A stretch of DNA of 64,000 nt. Source: Opitutales bacterium. GTDB lineage: Bacteria; Verrucomicrobiota; Verrucomicrobiia; Opitutales; UBA2995. Positions 16,549-25,244 of this stretch are shown piece after piece. The first letter of the stretch is position 1; each line of letters begins with the position of its first letter. Where the stretch lies: contig CBDBFA010000002.1 of assembly GCA_965204545.1 (NCBI GenBank), forward strand, positions 174,487-238,486, written 5' to 3'. The notes below the pieces were generated by a model. That model saw nothing but the letters and a program-made list of their open reading frames with translations, ran no database searches and was not told the DNA's origin. Both the position numbers and the translations under genes were made by a program.

Positions 16549-19230
16549 CTACTTTCTTCTAAATATCGGGCTTTGGACAATCTCATGGATGAGCGAGCGG
16601 ACACCGTAATGAGACGACCGACAGGCTTCAAGAATATCCTCCACATCGTCGCGATCTGCAAAGCGAAGTGGAGCGCCGGTGGCGTACACGATAAGCTGCT
16701 CAGCTAGATTGCGGGCGATGACTTCCTCATCTTTTAGCAGGAGTTTCTTAAATTCGACGATATCGTTGAAGGTATCGCCGTCGGAGGTCTGCCCCGAGGC
16801 ATCGACGTCCTGAGCGATATAATGGACAAACTCATTACCGCTGCGTCCAACGCCTTCTATACGGCGCGAACCTTGGGTAAGCGACCGGTAATTCGTTCGC
16901 CAGCGTCCCATAACGTCAAAACTCTCGAGAGCGAATCCAGGCGGATCGATCTTTCGATGGCAGGAAGCGCAGGACGCATCTTCCCGGTGTTTCGCCAGCA
17001 GCTCTCGAATGGTAGTGACTCCGCGGATATCCGGCTCCACTGCGGGAACGGACGGCGGAGGCGGTGACGGTGGATCGCCCAAAAAGCGTTCCATTACGTA
17101 AACGCCTCTCAACACAGGCGACGTGACGGTTCCATTCGCCGTCACCTTGAGCACCGACGCTTGGGTCAGGAAGCCGCCATAAGGACTACCCTCTGGAAGC
17201 GGCATACGCCTGAATGAAGGACCGAATATACCCGAAATGCCGTAATGCCGCGCCAAACGCTCGTCTACAAAAGTGTGATCCGCATCGACAACGTGGCGGG
17301 CCGGCCGGTCATGAGCAATGAGGTCAGTGAAATAAAGTCGCGACTCCTCCACGATCGAAGAAACAAGCCACCAGTCTCCCGCATATTCCGGATAGAGCTC
17401 GCGGTCCGGATCGGTGATGTTGATCTCGTCGAGTTCCAGCCAGGAATCCAGGAACTTGTGAACGAATCGTTCTGACTCAGGTTTGCCAAGCAAGCGGTCA
17501 ACTTCATTCCGGAGCATTTCCGAATCCTGCAAACTTCCTTGCTCCGCAAGTTGCCTGAGACGCTCATCCGGCATCGACTCGCCCAGAAAAAATGCGAGTC
17601 GCTCAGCAAGGGCGAAATCATCGAGATCGCCAGGTTCGCCACAATGAAACAGGAACTCCGGCGAGGCCAATACCGCTGAGTAGGTGGCGATCATCGACTC
17701 TGTGAAGCTGAGACCATCCGCTAAGAGGCGTTTCGCGTATGCGTAAAATCGCTCAAACTCCTCGTTGGTGACGGGCCGCCGATAGGCCTGGTCCATAAAA
17801 CGTGCCAATAGAGCCTTCGCATCCTGTATCGGGTTTTCTGATACCGCTTCCACCTGTCGGCCATTTTCGACGAATCCCAGTTCACCGAAAAGGACGCCAT
17901 ACGACGCAGGCGGCCACTCCTCGATAATCGGGCCTTCAACTTCCAGCCAGTGAAAGGCGACGCCGGGATATCCGTCCGGGTCGCTTTTCTGGATCGTATG
18001 CGGCAATGCAGGGAGCATAGGTGTCGGGATGCGCATGATATCCAATTGGATCATCGCACCTTCTTCAACAAAGGCATCGAACTCGAATACTTCCGGAGCG
18101 TTGGGCGGCGCTTCGAATACACCGACAGGAAGGGTACTCTCGGTATTGGGCTCCGCCAATGTCGAGGTATAGAGTTTGACCGGCTCGCTCCTCTTTCCCG
18201 GAAAGATGCGGTCATTTACCGGCGTCGGGTAGCGCCGGCTAGCGTCAAGGACGAGACTCGGATAGAAGCGCGGTTTCTCCTCCCCTTCCCAATCGACGTA
18301 ATCAGTCTGCCGCAGCACAGACCGAGCCTTAAGCCGAAATCGGTATTGGCCACGAAGCGGTGCCTTGAAGTTGTTAAACCCGTAGTAGTATGGCGTATAA
18401 GCTCCTCTAAAAATCGCTACTGACGCGTCTTCGGACCAGTCGGGATAAGCTTCGCCTTCTTTGGCCCGCTGGAATCGATCTGTCGTAAAGGAATCTTCAT
18501 CGTTAACCTGCAATCCATCCAGACTCAGAGACTGCCGCCCCCACCCCAGGTTTCCAGAGCCTGCCCACATCGCTCGCTGTTCGCGAGCATGGTACCGATG
18601 GATCGTCGAAGTCGGCCGCTGAGCAGGGAATTCGAGTGCCCGACGCAAGGCTACCTCCGCAACATTTAAAAAAGCGTCCACTTGCACATGCGACACATCA
18701 AGAGCCTGGCCGATCTTTGGAAAACCTTGGACCTCACCATCCAACGGCAATTGATCGGCTATCTTGAGGTGGGGATCATACAGGATATCGCGAAGGATGT
18801 TTTCGTACTCGAATCGATTGACGCGGCGAGATACAGACCGGCCGTGCTTAACCGCTTCCGCATCCTGGAAACTGACGATGCTCCCTGCGAGTTCCGAGAT
18901 CGCTTTTCCACGCTCCTCCGGATTCAATCGGCTTTTCTTTTTGGGGGGCATTTCACCGGAAGCCAGACGGTCGTATACCTTCACCCAAATGTCCGTTAAA
19001 TGTGGATCCGCAAGATTCCAATCCAGGGAAGAGAGGTCCAGTTCTCCTTTCATCTCCACATCATCGTGACATTTCAGACAATGGTTCTCCAGGAGCGCAT
19101 CCAAAGTTCGCGGCAAGCTTTCGGACGCGGTGGACGACGTGAAGAGCCCCAAACCGAATCCGATGCCAATAGCGACCCGTTCAATTCGCCTGAACAAGGT
19201 TAACCTACCGTATCCAATACTTTTATACAC
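16549..19230 (-). CDS. PSCyt/DUF1592 family protein
   Basis: 893 aa. CLKCHDD and CASCHRKIDPPGFALESFD motifs. Paralog of 10786-13506. Confidence 0.8.
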   Translation of the reverse strand: MYKSIGYGRLTLFRRIERVAIGIGFGLGLFTSSTASESLPRTLDALLENHCLKCHDDVEMKGELDLSSLDWNLADPHLTDIWVKVYDRLASGEMPPKKKSRLNPEERGKAISELAGSIVSFQDAEAVKHGRSVSRRVNRFEYENILRDILYDPHLKIADQLPLDGEVQGFPKIGQALDVSHVQVDAFLNVAEVALRRALEFPAQRPTSTIHRYHAREQRAMWAGSGNLGWGRQSLSLDGLQVNDEDSFTTDRFQRAKEGEAYPDWSEDASVAIFRGAYTPYYYGFNNFKAPLRGQYRFRLKARSVLRQTDYVDWEGEEKPRFYPSLVLDASRRYPTPVNDRIFPGKRSEPVKLYTSTLAEPNTESTLPVGVFEAPPNAPEVFEFDAFVEEGAMIQLDIMRIPTPMLPALPHTIQKSDPDGYPGVAFHWLEVEGPIIEEWPPASYGVLFGELGFVENGRQVEAVSENPIQDAKALLARFMDQAYRRPVTNEEFERFYAYAKRLLADGLSFTESMIATYSAVLASPEFLFHCGEPGDLDDFALAERLAFFLGESMPDERLRQLAEQGSLQDSEMLRNEVDRLLGKPESERFVHKFLDSWLELDEINITDPDRELYPEYAGDWWLVSSIVEESRLYFTDLIAHDRPARHVVDADHTFVDERLARHYGISGIFGPSFRRMPLPEGSPYGGFLTQASVLKVTANGTVTSPVLRGVYVMERFLGDPPSPPPPSVPAVEPDIRGVTTIRELLAKHREDASCASCHRKIDPPGFALESFDVMGRWRTNYRSLTQGSRRIEGVGRSGNEFVHYIAQDVDASGQTSDGDTFNDIVEFKKLLLKDEEVIARNLAEQLIVYATGAPLRFADRDDVEDILEACRSSHYGVRSLIHEIVQSPIFRRK

Positions 19231-19236
19231 TGAAAG

Positions 19237-19371
19237 TTAAATGAGTTTTCTCAACCCTTCTGGAAACTCGAAAATCTGCCGTAACTTTACTCTTCTGGAT
19301 GCCAACGCAGGCAACGCGATCAGCGCTCCCGCGCCGCAAAGAAAGTGGCGCCGATTGATGGGCGAATTCAT
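19237..19371 (-). pseudogene. relic of a DUF1552 gene (start codon plus Tat leader only)
   Basis: Hand translation gives MNSPINRRHFLCGAGALIALPALAS then unrelated sequence and a stop after 44 codons. DNA resembles the 5' end of 13503-14795. Not in the ORF track (under 60 aa). Confidence 0.5.
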
Positions 19372-19561
19372 GGTTTTTATAATGTGGGCTGGGTGATGAT
19401 AGGAAGGAATGTTTCTTTTATCGAGAAGTTTTTATCGGACTAATGGAAGAAGCTTTCCAATTGTTCGGTGGAGAGTTGATGCACGGGATTGAAATCGCCT
19501 GAGGTCAGGCGAGACAGCAGACTCTTCAGCATATTTTGTTGGGGCAGTATAAATTTCATCC

Positions 19562-21235
19562 TTACTCCCCTACTCTCTCAAGTACCATCACCCAATCCTG
19601 TGGGGTCGGCACATTTGGTGAAGTCCAGGCGCCGGAGATGTTGACGACCCCGTGATCGAATCGCCGGCCTGAGACCGGATCGAAGTAAAACATGGAATAA
19701 TGACCGGGTTCAATGTTTTGCACCGTGATGCCGTCCCACACGTAATTGTTGCGTTTCGGCTGATAGATAACCATCACCTCGCCTGGAATCCCGGCGGCGA
19801 ATCGGGCTTCCGAGGCAAACCCGTCGTACTCATCCGGACGCTTCTTCGGGTTTCCTTTCCCAACCCATTCCGGGTGCGGTTCAAATCGTTGCCACGGATA
19901 CTCTTCGAGTAGGGACTTGGCCCGGCCGAGTTGTGCTGCCCCGGCGAAATGCATGCCCTCACGCCAGGTTGTCAAATCGTAGGGCTGATGATCCCAACCG
20001 CCCCAGTTCCCATGTTCCCCGGGTACCCCCATGTGCCAGATTCCGGCCGCGCCATAGGTGTGCCCCGCCGCGCCGGATAGAATGCAACCCCAGAACAGAT
20101 AGCGCTGAAGATCGGCGAAGTTGCCCTGCATGTGCTGCTCGTAGCAGGCTTCACCGGTTAATACCGGTTTGATGGGCGAGACATCTCGGTAGTCGATAAT
20201 TTTTCGGATGGCATTGTTCACCGTGTCCCATCCTCGGTGCCCGGTCGCGTCCATATCGAAATCGAAAACGTCATGATCTTCCAGCGCATCTCGCCGGTGC
20301 GCACTATGATTCGTTAGCAGACGCCCATAAGAATCGATGGTGTTCAGGTATTCAGCAGCCGCATACCACGGCCCCTGCTTCGCCTGCGTTTCACCCCCCA
20401 TGATCCAAACCACCGGATAGGCGCCATAACGCGCAACCAAGTTGCGAAAATGACGTTTGTAACCATCAAGCCCGACTGCATTCAAGTTTACTGCACGCCC
20501 CCAACCGCCAACGATCGCGGGCACGATTCCGGCGTTGATCAAATGCTCGAAGCGGCGATCCGCGTACTTGAAATATTCCGGATTCATCGCGCTGAAATCG
20601 GACTTCAGATACGGCATCCCTCCTTCGTTTTCCCAGCTCGGCTGTAGCAGCCCGAGTTCGTCCGGGTAGGTTCCGCACACGATCTGCACCACATTGAAGC
20701 CCTTTTCTTTTCGGTCGGCGGTCAATTCCTGAAAGCCTTCCCAGGTCAGTCGCTTGCACAGGCCTTTCCACCAGGTATCGCCAAGCCACAAAAACGGGGT
20801 ACCGTCAGCGTGCTCGAAAGTTCGGCGATTCGATCCCACCTGGACAGGTCCATGGCGGTACAATTTGTTTTCACCGTAAAAGGGTATGATTTCAACTCGC
20901 CCCTCGACCCCATGCAGGCCCTTGTCTCGCGTATCGCTACACTGGGTACGGTATTGATGAGTACCAAGAATAGGAGAGGCGTAGCGGACTTTCCAATCAT
21001 TGCCGCCCGCCCAAAAAGCGGGCACGGTCTTTTGAGTTCCCTGCGGATCGGTAAACACGACGTTCATCTCAATTTCCAGGAACGGATTGCCCCGGCTCTT
21101 TTCCGCCTTAAAGGAAATTTCAACGACCCGATTGGCCTGGGAGTTTATATCCGCTGTCTGCGCGGACAGGCTCCACCAAAAGCAGCAAATCACGGCAAGA
21201 AAGGTTGATCTTGTGAGTTTCATAAGAGTATTCAT
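19562..21235 (-). CDS. DUF5060/DUF4038 (GH140-like) putative glycoside hydrolase
   Basis: Start at MNTLMKL (signal peptide). N-terminal Ig-like segment VVEISFKAEKSRGNPFLEIEMNVVFTDPQG, then a TIM-barrel-like body. Family assignment is from memory of the DUF5060+DUF4038 architecture. Confidence 0.6.
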   Translation of the reverse strand: MNTLMKLTRSTFLAVICCFWWSLSAQTADINSQANRVVEISFKAEKSRGNPFLEIEMNVVFTDPQGTQKTVPAFWAGGNDWKVRYASPILGTHQYRTQCSDTRDKGLHGVEGRVEIIPFYGENKLYRHGPVQVGSNRRTFEHADGTPFLWLGDTWWKGLCKRLTWEGFQELTADRKEKGFNVVQIVCGTYPDELGLLQPSWENEGGMPYLKSDFSAMNPEYFKYADRRFEHLINAGIVPAIVGGWGRAVNLNAVGLDGYKRHFRNLVARYGAYPVVWIMGGETQAKQGPWYAAAEYLNTIDSYGRLLTNHSAHRRDALEDHDVFDFDMDATGHRGWDTVNNAIRKIIDYRDVSPIKPVLTGEACYEQHMQGNFADLQRYLFWGCILSGAAGHTYGAAGIWHMGVPGEHGNWGGWDHQPYDLTTWREGMHFAGAAQLGRAKSLLEEYPWQRFEPHPEWVGKGNPKKRPDEYDGFASEARFAAGIPGEVMVIYQPKRNNYVWDGITVQNIEPGHYSMFYFDPVSGRRFDHGVVNISGAWTSPNVPTPQDWVMVLERVGE

Positions 21236-21311
21236 ATGTGGATACAATTTATTGCTTGGCTTGTAGTTTTTTCGACAAATCCGGATCATTCCATTCTGCT
21301 TTTCTTTTGGC

Positions 21312-23321
21312 CTACTTTACAGTTTGTGATGGAATTTCTTTCGGAACGAAGGGTTTCTTCTGCACTGCCATCAACGGGCTTTCCGGAGAACCGGAAGCTC
21401 CCCTGCCCCAGCGGTAGTAGAGTTGTTGCCCGGTGATGGCACGATAAGCGCGATCAAAGGGTTTATTCTGGCTTCCATAGCGATGATTTGGGTTGAACTT
21501 CTCCTTTGCGATCGCGAGCGGTTCAATCGCTGCCTGGAGTTGCTCGTTCGCATCCGGCGGCTGCGAATCGAGAATGTTGCCCACCCGAACCTGGACGTCG
21601 GTATTGGGATGCCCCATCTCGGCGATCAGCACCGGCAGGGCTTCCTCGTAATGACCCAGGTTGAATAATCCCTCGGCAGCCAGCAGGCGCACGTCGATGG
21701 ATTCATCCATCAGAGCCTCCTTCAGGTTAGGCAGGATCCCTTCGACCACTTCGGGCCCGGCGGTCTGGGTGACCACCGCCAAACCCAACACGGCCCAGTA
21801 GCGGACCAGGGGATCGGAATCCTTGCTGCGGGTATTCAGTTCCGGCACGGCGTCCTGACCCAGGAGCTGCAGATTGGCGGTTTCGAGAATCCGTTGGTAA
21901 TTGTCCAGTTCCTGACCGACCGCCCAGAGGGAGCGTCCCTGCGCCCTTTCGTATAGTTCGCGCTCTTCGACGAGGGCGAGGTCGCGGGTCTCGACCATCC
22001 AATCGCGCAGGCGTTTGCGCATCTGATTCAAAACCTTGGCATACTTTGGATCACCCACAAGGTTTTTGACCATGTGTGGATCGGTTTCGGAATCATACAG
22101 TTCCTCCAATGGCTTGAAGCGGTTGGCGAGCAATTCCTGGTCGCCGGTCAGCTTGCCTGATCGTGCCAGCTTCACCCAATGTTCGAGCAATGGCGCGGTG
22201 AATTCGTAGGTCTCGTAGGGTTTGAAAGGAAGGTGCGGGTAGAAGTTGCGCTGGTAGCGGAAGCGCTTGTCGCGAATGGCGCGGACGAACTCGGAACGCG
22301 TATCGAGGCGGTTGCGGACAGCCACCAGGAACTCGCGCTTTTCCGCATCGCTCTTGCACAGCAGCGCCCGACCGTGCATGTAGTCCGGCGGTTCGATTCC
22401 GACCATCTTCAGGACCGATGGTCCTAAGTCCATCAGGCAGACCAGATCATCCACCACCGAGCCCGGTTTGGTAGGCGCCAGATGCTGGTACTTCTCCGGG
22501 AACCGCACGATCAAGGGCACATGGGTGCCCTGTTCCCAAGCCGTGTGTTTACCCCGTGGCATGCCCACGCCGTGATCGGCCCAAACTATGACGATCGTAT
22601 CGTCCCACAGCCCGTCTTCCTTGAGCTGGGCGATGATTTCTCCGGTCCGGTAGTCGACCTGAGTGACCGCATCGTAGTAGCGCGACCAGGCCTTGCGAAA
22701 GACGGGGTCGTCAGGGTGGTAGGGCGGGATCGGCACCTCGGCTGGATCGTGGAAGTCCTTCGGCTTAAGTCGATTCAATCGCTTCTCGACTATGTCTTCT
22801 TCCGAAAACTTCGTGATGCTGGAGTGACATTCGCCGAAGTCGACTTTGGAGAAGAACGGCTGATACTTGTCCGGACGGCTGCGCCAGGGGGTGTCATCCC
22901 CAATTTTGCCCCGTTTGTCATACTGCATCCCGACAATATTGAAGTCTCTCTTCTGGTTCGTGGTGTAATAGCCGGCCTCGCTCATCAGGTTGGGAATGAA
23001 TTCCAGGAACTCCGGCGCCCGGATGCCTCCGCTGCGATGATGCATGGTCCCAATCGTGGTCGGATACATTCCGGTCACGATGCTGGACCGCGACACAGAG
23101 CAGACCGGGCCGACCGAATGGGCGCGCGTGTAACGAATCCCCTCTTCTGCCAGCTTATCGAAGTTCGGCGTTTTCGCATACGCGTCGCCATAACAACCCA
23201 TCAATGGTGTGATGTCTTCCAGCGCAATGTAAAGGAAGTTGGGGCGATCCGAAGAAGCCTCTGAAATCGCCTGATCCGTAATAATGAAAATGGCTAAAAC
23301 AATTAATACATATGGTTTCAT
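21312..23321 (-). CDS. sulfatase fused to C-terminal HEAT-repeat region
   Basis: 669 aa. YIALEDITPLMGCYGD, active-site segment PVCSVSRSS, HGVGMPRGKH. The C-terminal roughly 180 aa carry VRYWAVLGL...VRLLAAEGL...VQVRVGNIL HEAT-like repeats. Confidence 0.8.
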   Translation of the reverse strand: MKPYVLIVLAIFIITDQAISEASSDRPNFLYIALEDITPLMGCYGDAYAKTPNFDKLAEEGIRYTRAHSVGPVCSVSRSSIVTGMYPTTIGTMHHRSGGIRAPEFLEFIPNLMSEAGYYTTNQKRDFNIVGMQYDKRGKIGDDTPWRSRPDKYQPFFSKVDFGECHSSITKFSEEDIVEKRLNRLKPKDFHDPAEVPIPPYHPDDPVFRKAWSRYYDAVTQVDYRTGEIIAQLKEDGLWDDTIVIVWADHGVGMPRGKHTAWEQGTHVPLIVRFPEKYQHLAPTKPGSVVDDLVCLMDLGPSVLKMVGIEPPDYMHGRALLCKSDAEKREFLVAVRNRLDTRSEFVRAIRDKRFRYQRNFYPHLPFKPYETYEFTAPLLEHWVKLARSGKLTGDQELLANRFKPLEELYDSETDPHMVKNLVGDPKYAKVLNQMRKRLRDWMVETRDLALVEERELYERAQGRSLWAVGQELDNYQRILETANLQLLGQDAVPELNTRSKDSDPLVRYWAVLGLAVVTQTAGPEVVEGILPNLKEALMDESIDVRLLAAEGLFNLGHYEEALPVLIAEMGHPNTDVQVRVGNILDSQPPDANEQLQAAIEPLAIAKEKFNPNHRYGSQNKPFDRAYRAITGQQLYYRWGRGASGSPESPLMAVQKKPFVPKEIPSQTVK

Positions 23322-23332
23322 GAAAATACCTC

Positions 23333-25198
23333 TTACTTCTCGTTCCGACCATTAACTCGTTCCAGAACCATCACCCAGTCCTGTGGGGCTGGTAAACGCT
23401 CTAACTTGAAATTGCCGTCCTCCAGCAGATGAATCTCCGGAAGCTTCACCGCCCATACTCGGCTATTAAAAGGGTCATCGTGCATTACAAATGCCTGCCC
23501 CTTGTCGACTGAGGCATAGAGCTTTCTCAACTTCTCCATCTGGTCATCGGTCACCTCCGCACTACCCGTATTGACAACGAGCCCCAGCTCATAGCGCTTG
23601 GCTCGAGCCGGATCGAAAAGAAAGGCATGGTAAGGCACATCGCGTTCGAGTCCCTTAACCGTTGGGGCCGTCCAGTCATAGTAATGGCCGGGGAGATAAA
23701 TGATACGAAGCTCCCCTGGGATGCCAGCGGCGTAAGGAAGATCCCAACGACCACTCTGCTTCTCGAATTTTTCCTCTGCGATTTTGTGATTCCAAGTACT
23801 GTCCGGGGCCGCTTCATATATGGTGGCGTGTGGTTCCACCCACTCCGGATGCGGTTCGAGTTTCCACCAGGGATAGCCTTGGAGAAATTTCTTTCCCTGT
23901 CCCAGTTGCGTCGAGCCCCTGTAGTGCATCGCCTCCGACCAGGGAGTGAAGGCATACTCCGAACCCCGCGCCGTTTCTGAAGTCATCTGCCAAAGTCCCT
24001 CAGCGCCGTAAGTGAAGCCACGGGCTCCCAATAGTATCGACGACCAGAACACCTGACGCTGAAGAACCGCTTCGTTTGTCATCATGTGATCTTCGTAGCA
24101 AATTTCGCCGATCACCACTGGCATCGTCGGCTCGAGCGCATAGGATGCCTGCACGAATGCGGTTGTTCGTTTAGGCGTATGGTCCCACTGGCCAAGATGA
24201 GGCATTTCGCCAAACGCGCCTCCCTGCCCCGGCATTAACATATCAAAATCCAAATATTCAGACGGTATAAATCCCTTTGCCCAACGAGAATGCAGGGTTG
24301 TCGGACGACGATACGGGTCTATGCTTCGCACATAATCCCCGGTTTTTATCCACTGATCTCTCGGCCCTTTGAAAACTTCTCCACCGATCGACCAAATCAC
24401 CGGATAAGCGCCATACCGTGCGACCAAGTAGCGCCAGTATCGACTCATGTTCTCGGCGCCGAGCGACTTCATGTGATAGCCCCACCCTCCGAATATGGCG
24501 GGCGCAATTCCTTGTTTCACCAAGTGTTCAATCCGGCGGTCGGCAAATTTGAAATACTTCGGGTTGATGCGCCGGTAGGTTCTGTCATAGGGCATCCCAC
24601 CCTCGTTCTCCCAGCGCGGATCGAACTCCGGTTCATCGGGATAGGGACCGATGATGATTTGGACCACACTGAACCCTTTCTTCCTTCGGTCCAAAGTCAG
24701 CTCCTGATAGCCCTCCCAAGGCAATCGCTTGGCCATCCCCTTCCACCAGGTATCGCCCAACCAAAAGAAGGGCGTGCCGTCCGCGTGCTCGAAGTAACGT
24801 CTGTTTTGTGACACTTGAACGGGGCCATGACGATAAAAAGGGTTACTTCCCCCGTAGGGCTTTGTCTCAACTCGGCCTTCGATTCCGTGAAGGCCTTTGT
24901 CTCGCGTATCACTACACTGGGTACGGTAACGATGAGCGCCCAAAATGGGTGATGCGTAGCGCGCTTTCCACCGGTCTCCCCCCGCCCAGAAAGCGGGCAC
25001 GGTCTTTTGAGTTCCCTGCGGGTCGGTAAATACGACGTCCATCTCAATTTCCAGGAACGGATTGCCCCGGCTCTTTTCCGCCTGGAAAGAAATTTCAACG
25101 ACCCGATTGGCTTCGATGCTTATTGCCGCTTCTTGTCCGGACAAATTGAACGAAATACAGCCCACCAAGGTAAGGCATGCCGAGGGTATGAATTTCAT
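23333..25198 (-). CDS. DUF5060/DUF4038 (GH140-like) putative glycoside hydrolase, paralog
   Basis: 621 aa. The N-terminal 80 aa are about 90 percent identical to 19562-21235 and the remainder is clearly more diverged. Confidence 0.6.
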   Translation of the reverse strand: MKFIPSACLTLVGCISFNLSGQEAAISIEANRVVEISFQAEKSRGNPFLEIEMDVVFTDPQGTQKTVPAFWAGGDRWKARYASPILGAHRYRTQCSDTRDKGLHGIEGRVETKPYGGSNPFYRHGPVQVSQNRRYFEHADGTPFFWLGDTWWKGMAKRLPWEGYQELTLDRRKKGFSVVQIIIGPYPDEPEFDPRWENEGGMPYDRTYRRINPKYFKFADRRIEHLVKQGIAPAIFGGWGYHMKSLGAENMSRYWRYLVARYGAYPVIWSIGGEVFKGPRDQWIKTGDYVRSIDPYRRPTTLHSRWAKGFIPSEYLDFDMLMPGQGGAFGEMPHLGQWDHTPKRTTAFVQASYALEPTMPVVIGEICYEDHMMTNEAVLQRQVFWSSILLGARGFTYGAEGLWQMTSETARGSEYAFTPWSEAMHYRGSTQLGQGKKFLQGYPWWKLEPHPEWVEPHATIYEAAPDSTWNHKIAEEKFEKQSGRWDLPYAAGIPGELRIIYLPGHYYDWTAPTVKGLERDVPYHAFLFDPARAKRYELGLVVNTGSAEVTDDQMEKLRKLYASVDKGQAFVMHDDPFNSRVWAVKLPEIHLLEDGNFKLERLPAPQDWVMVLERVNGRNEK

Positions 25199-25244
25199 GC
25201 TCCTATCCGGTTTTTGGTTACTTTGCGTTTTAACCCGCGGTCAG

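Noticed and set aside
19541-19551. The 11-mer GGGGCAGTATA matching the IS3 terminal repeat, as a possible solo IS end
   Set aside because: Only 11 nt match and the flanking bases diverge from the IS terminus, so a chance match is plausible. There is no adjacent IS-derived sequence.
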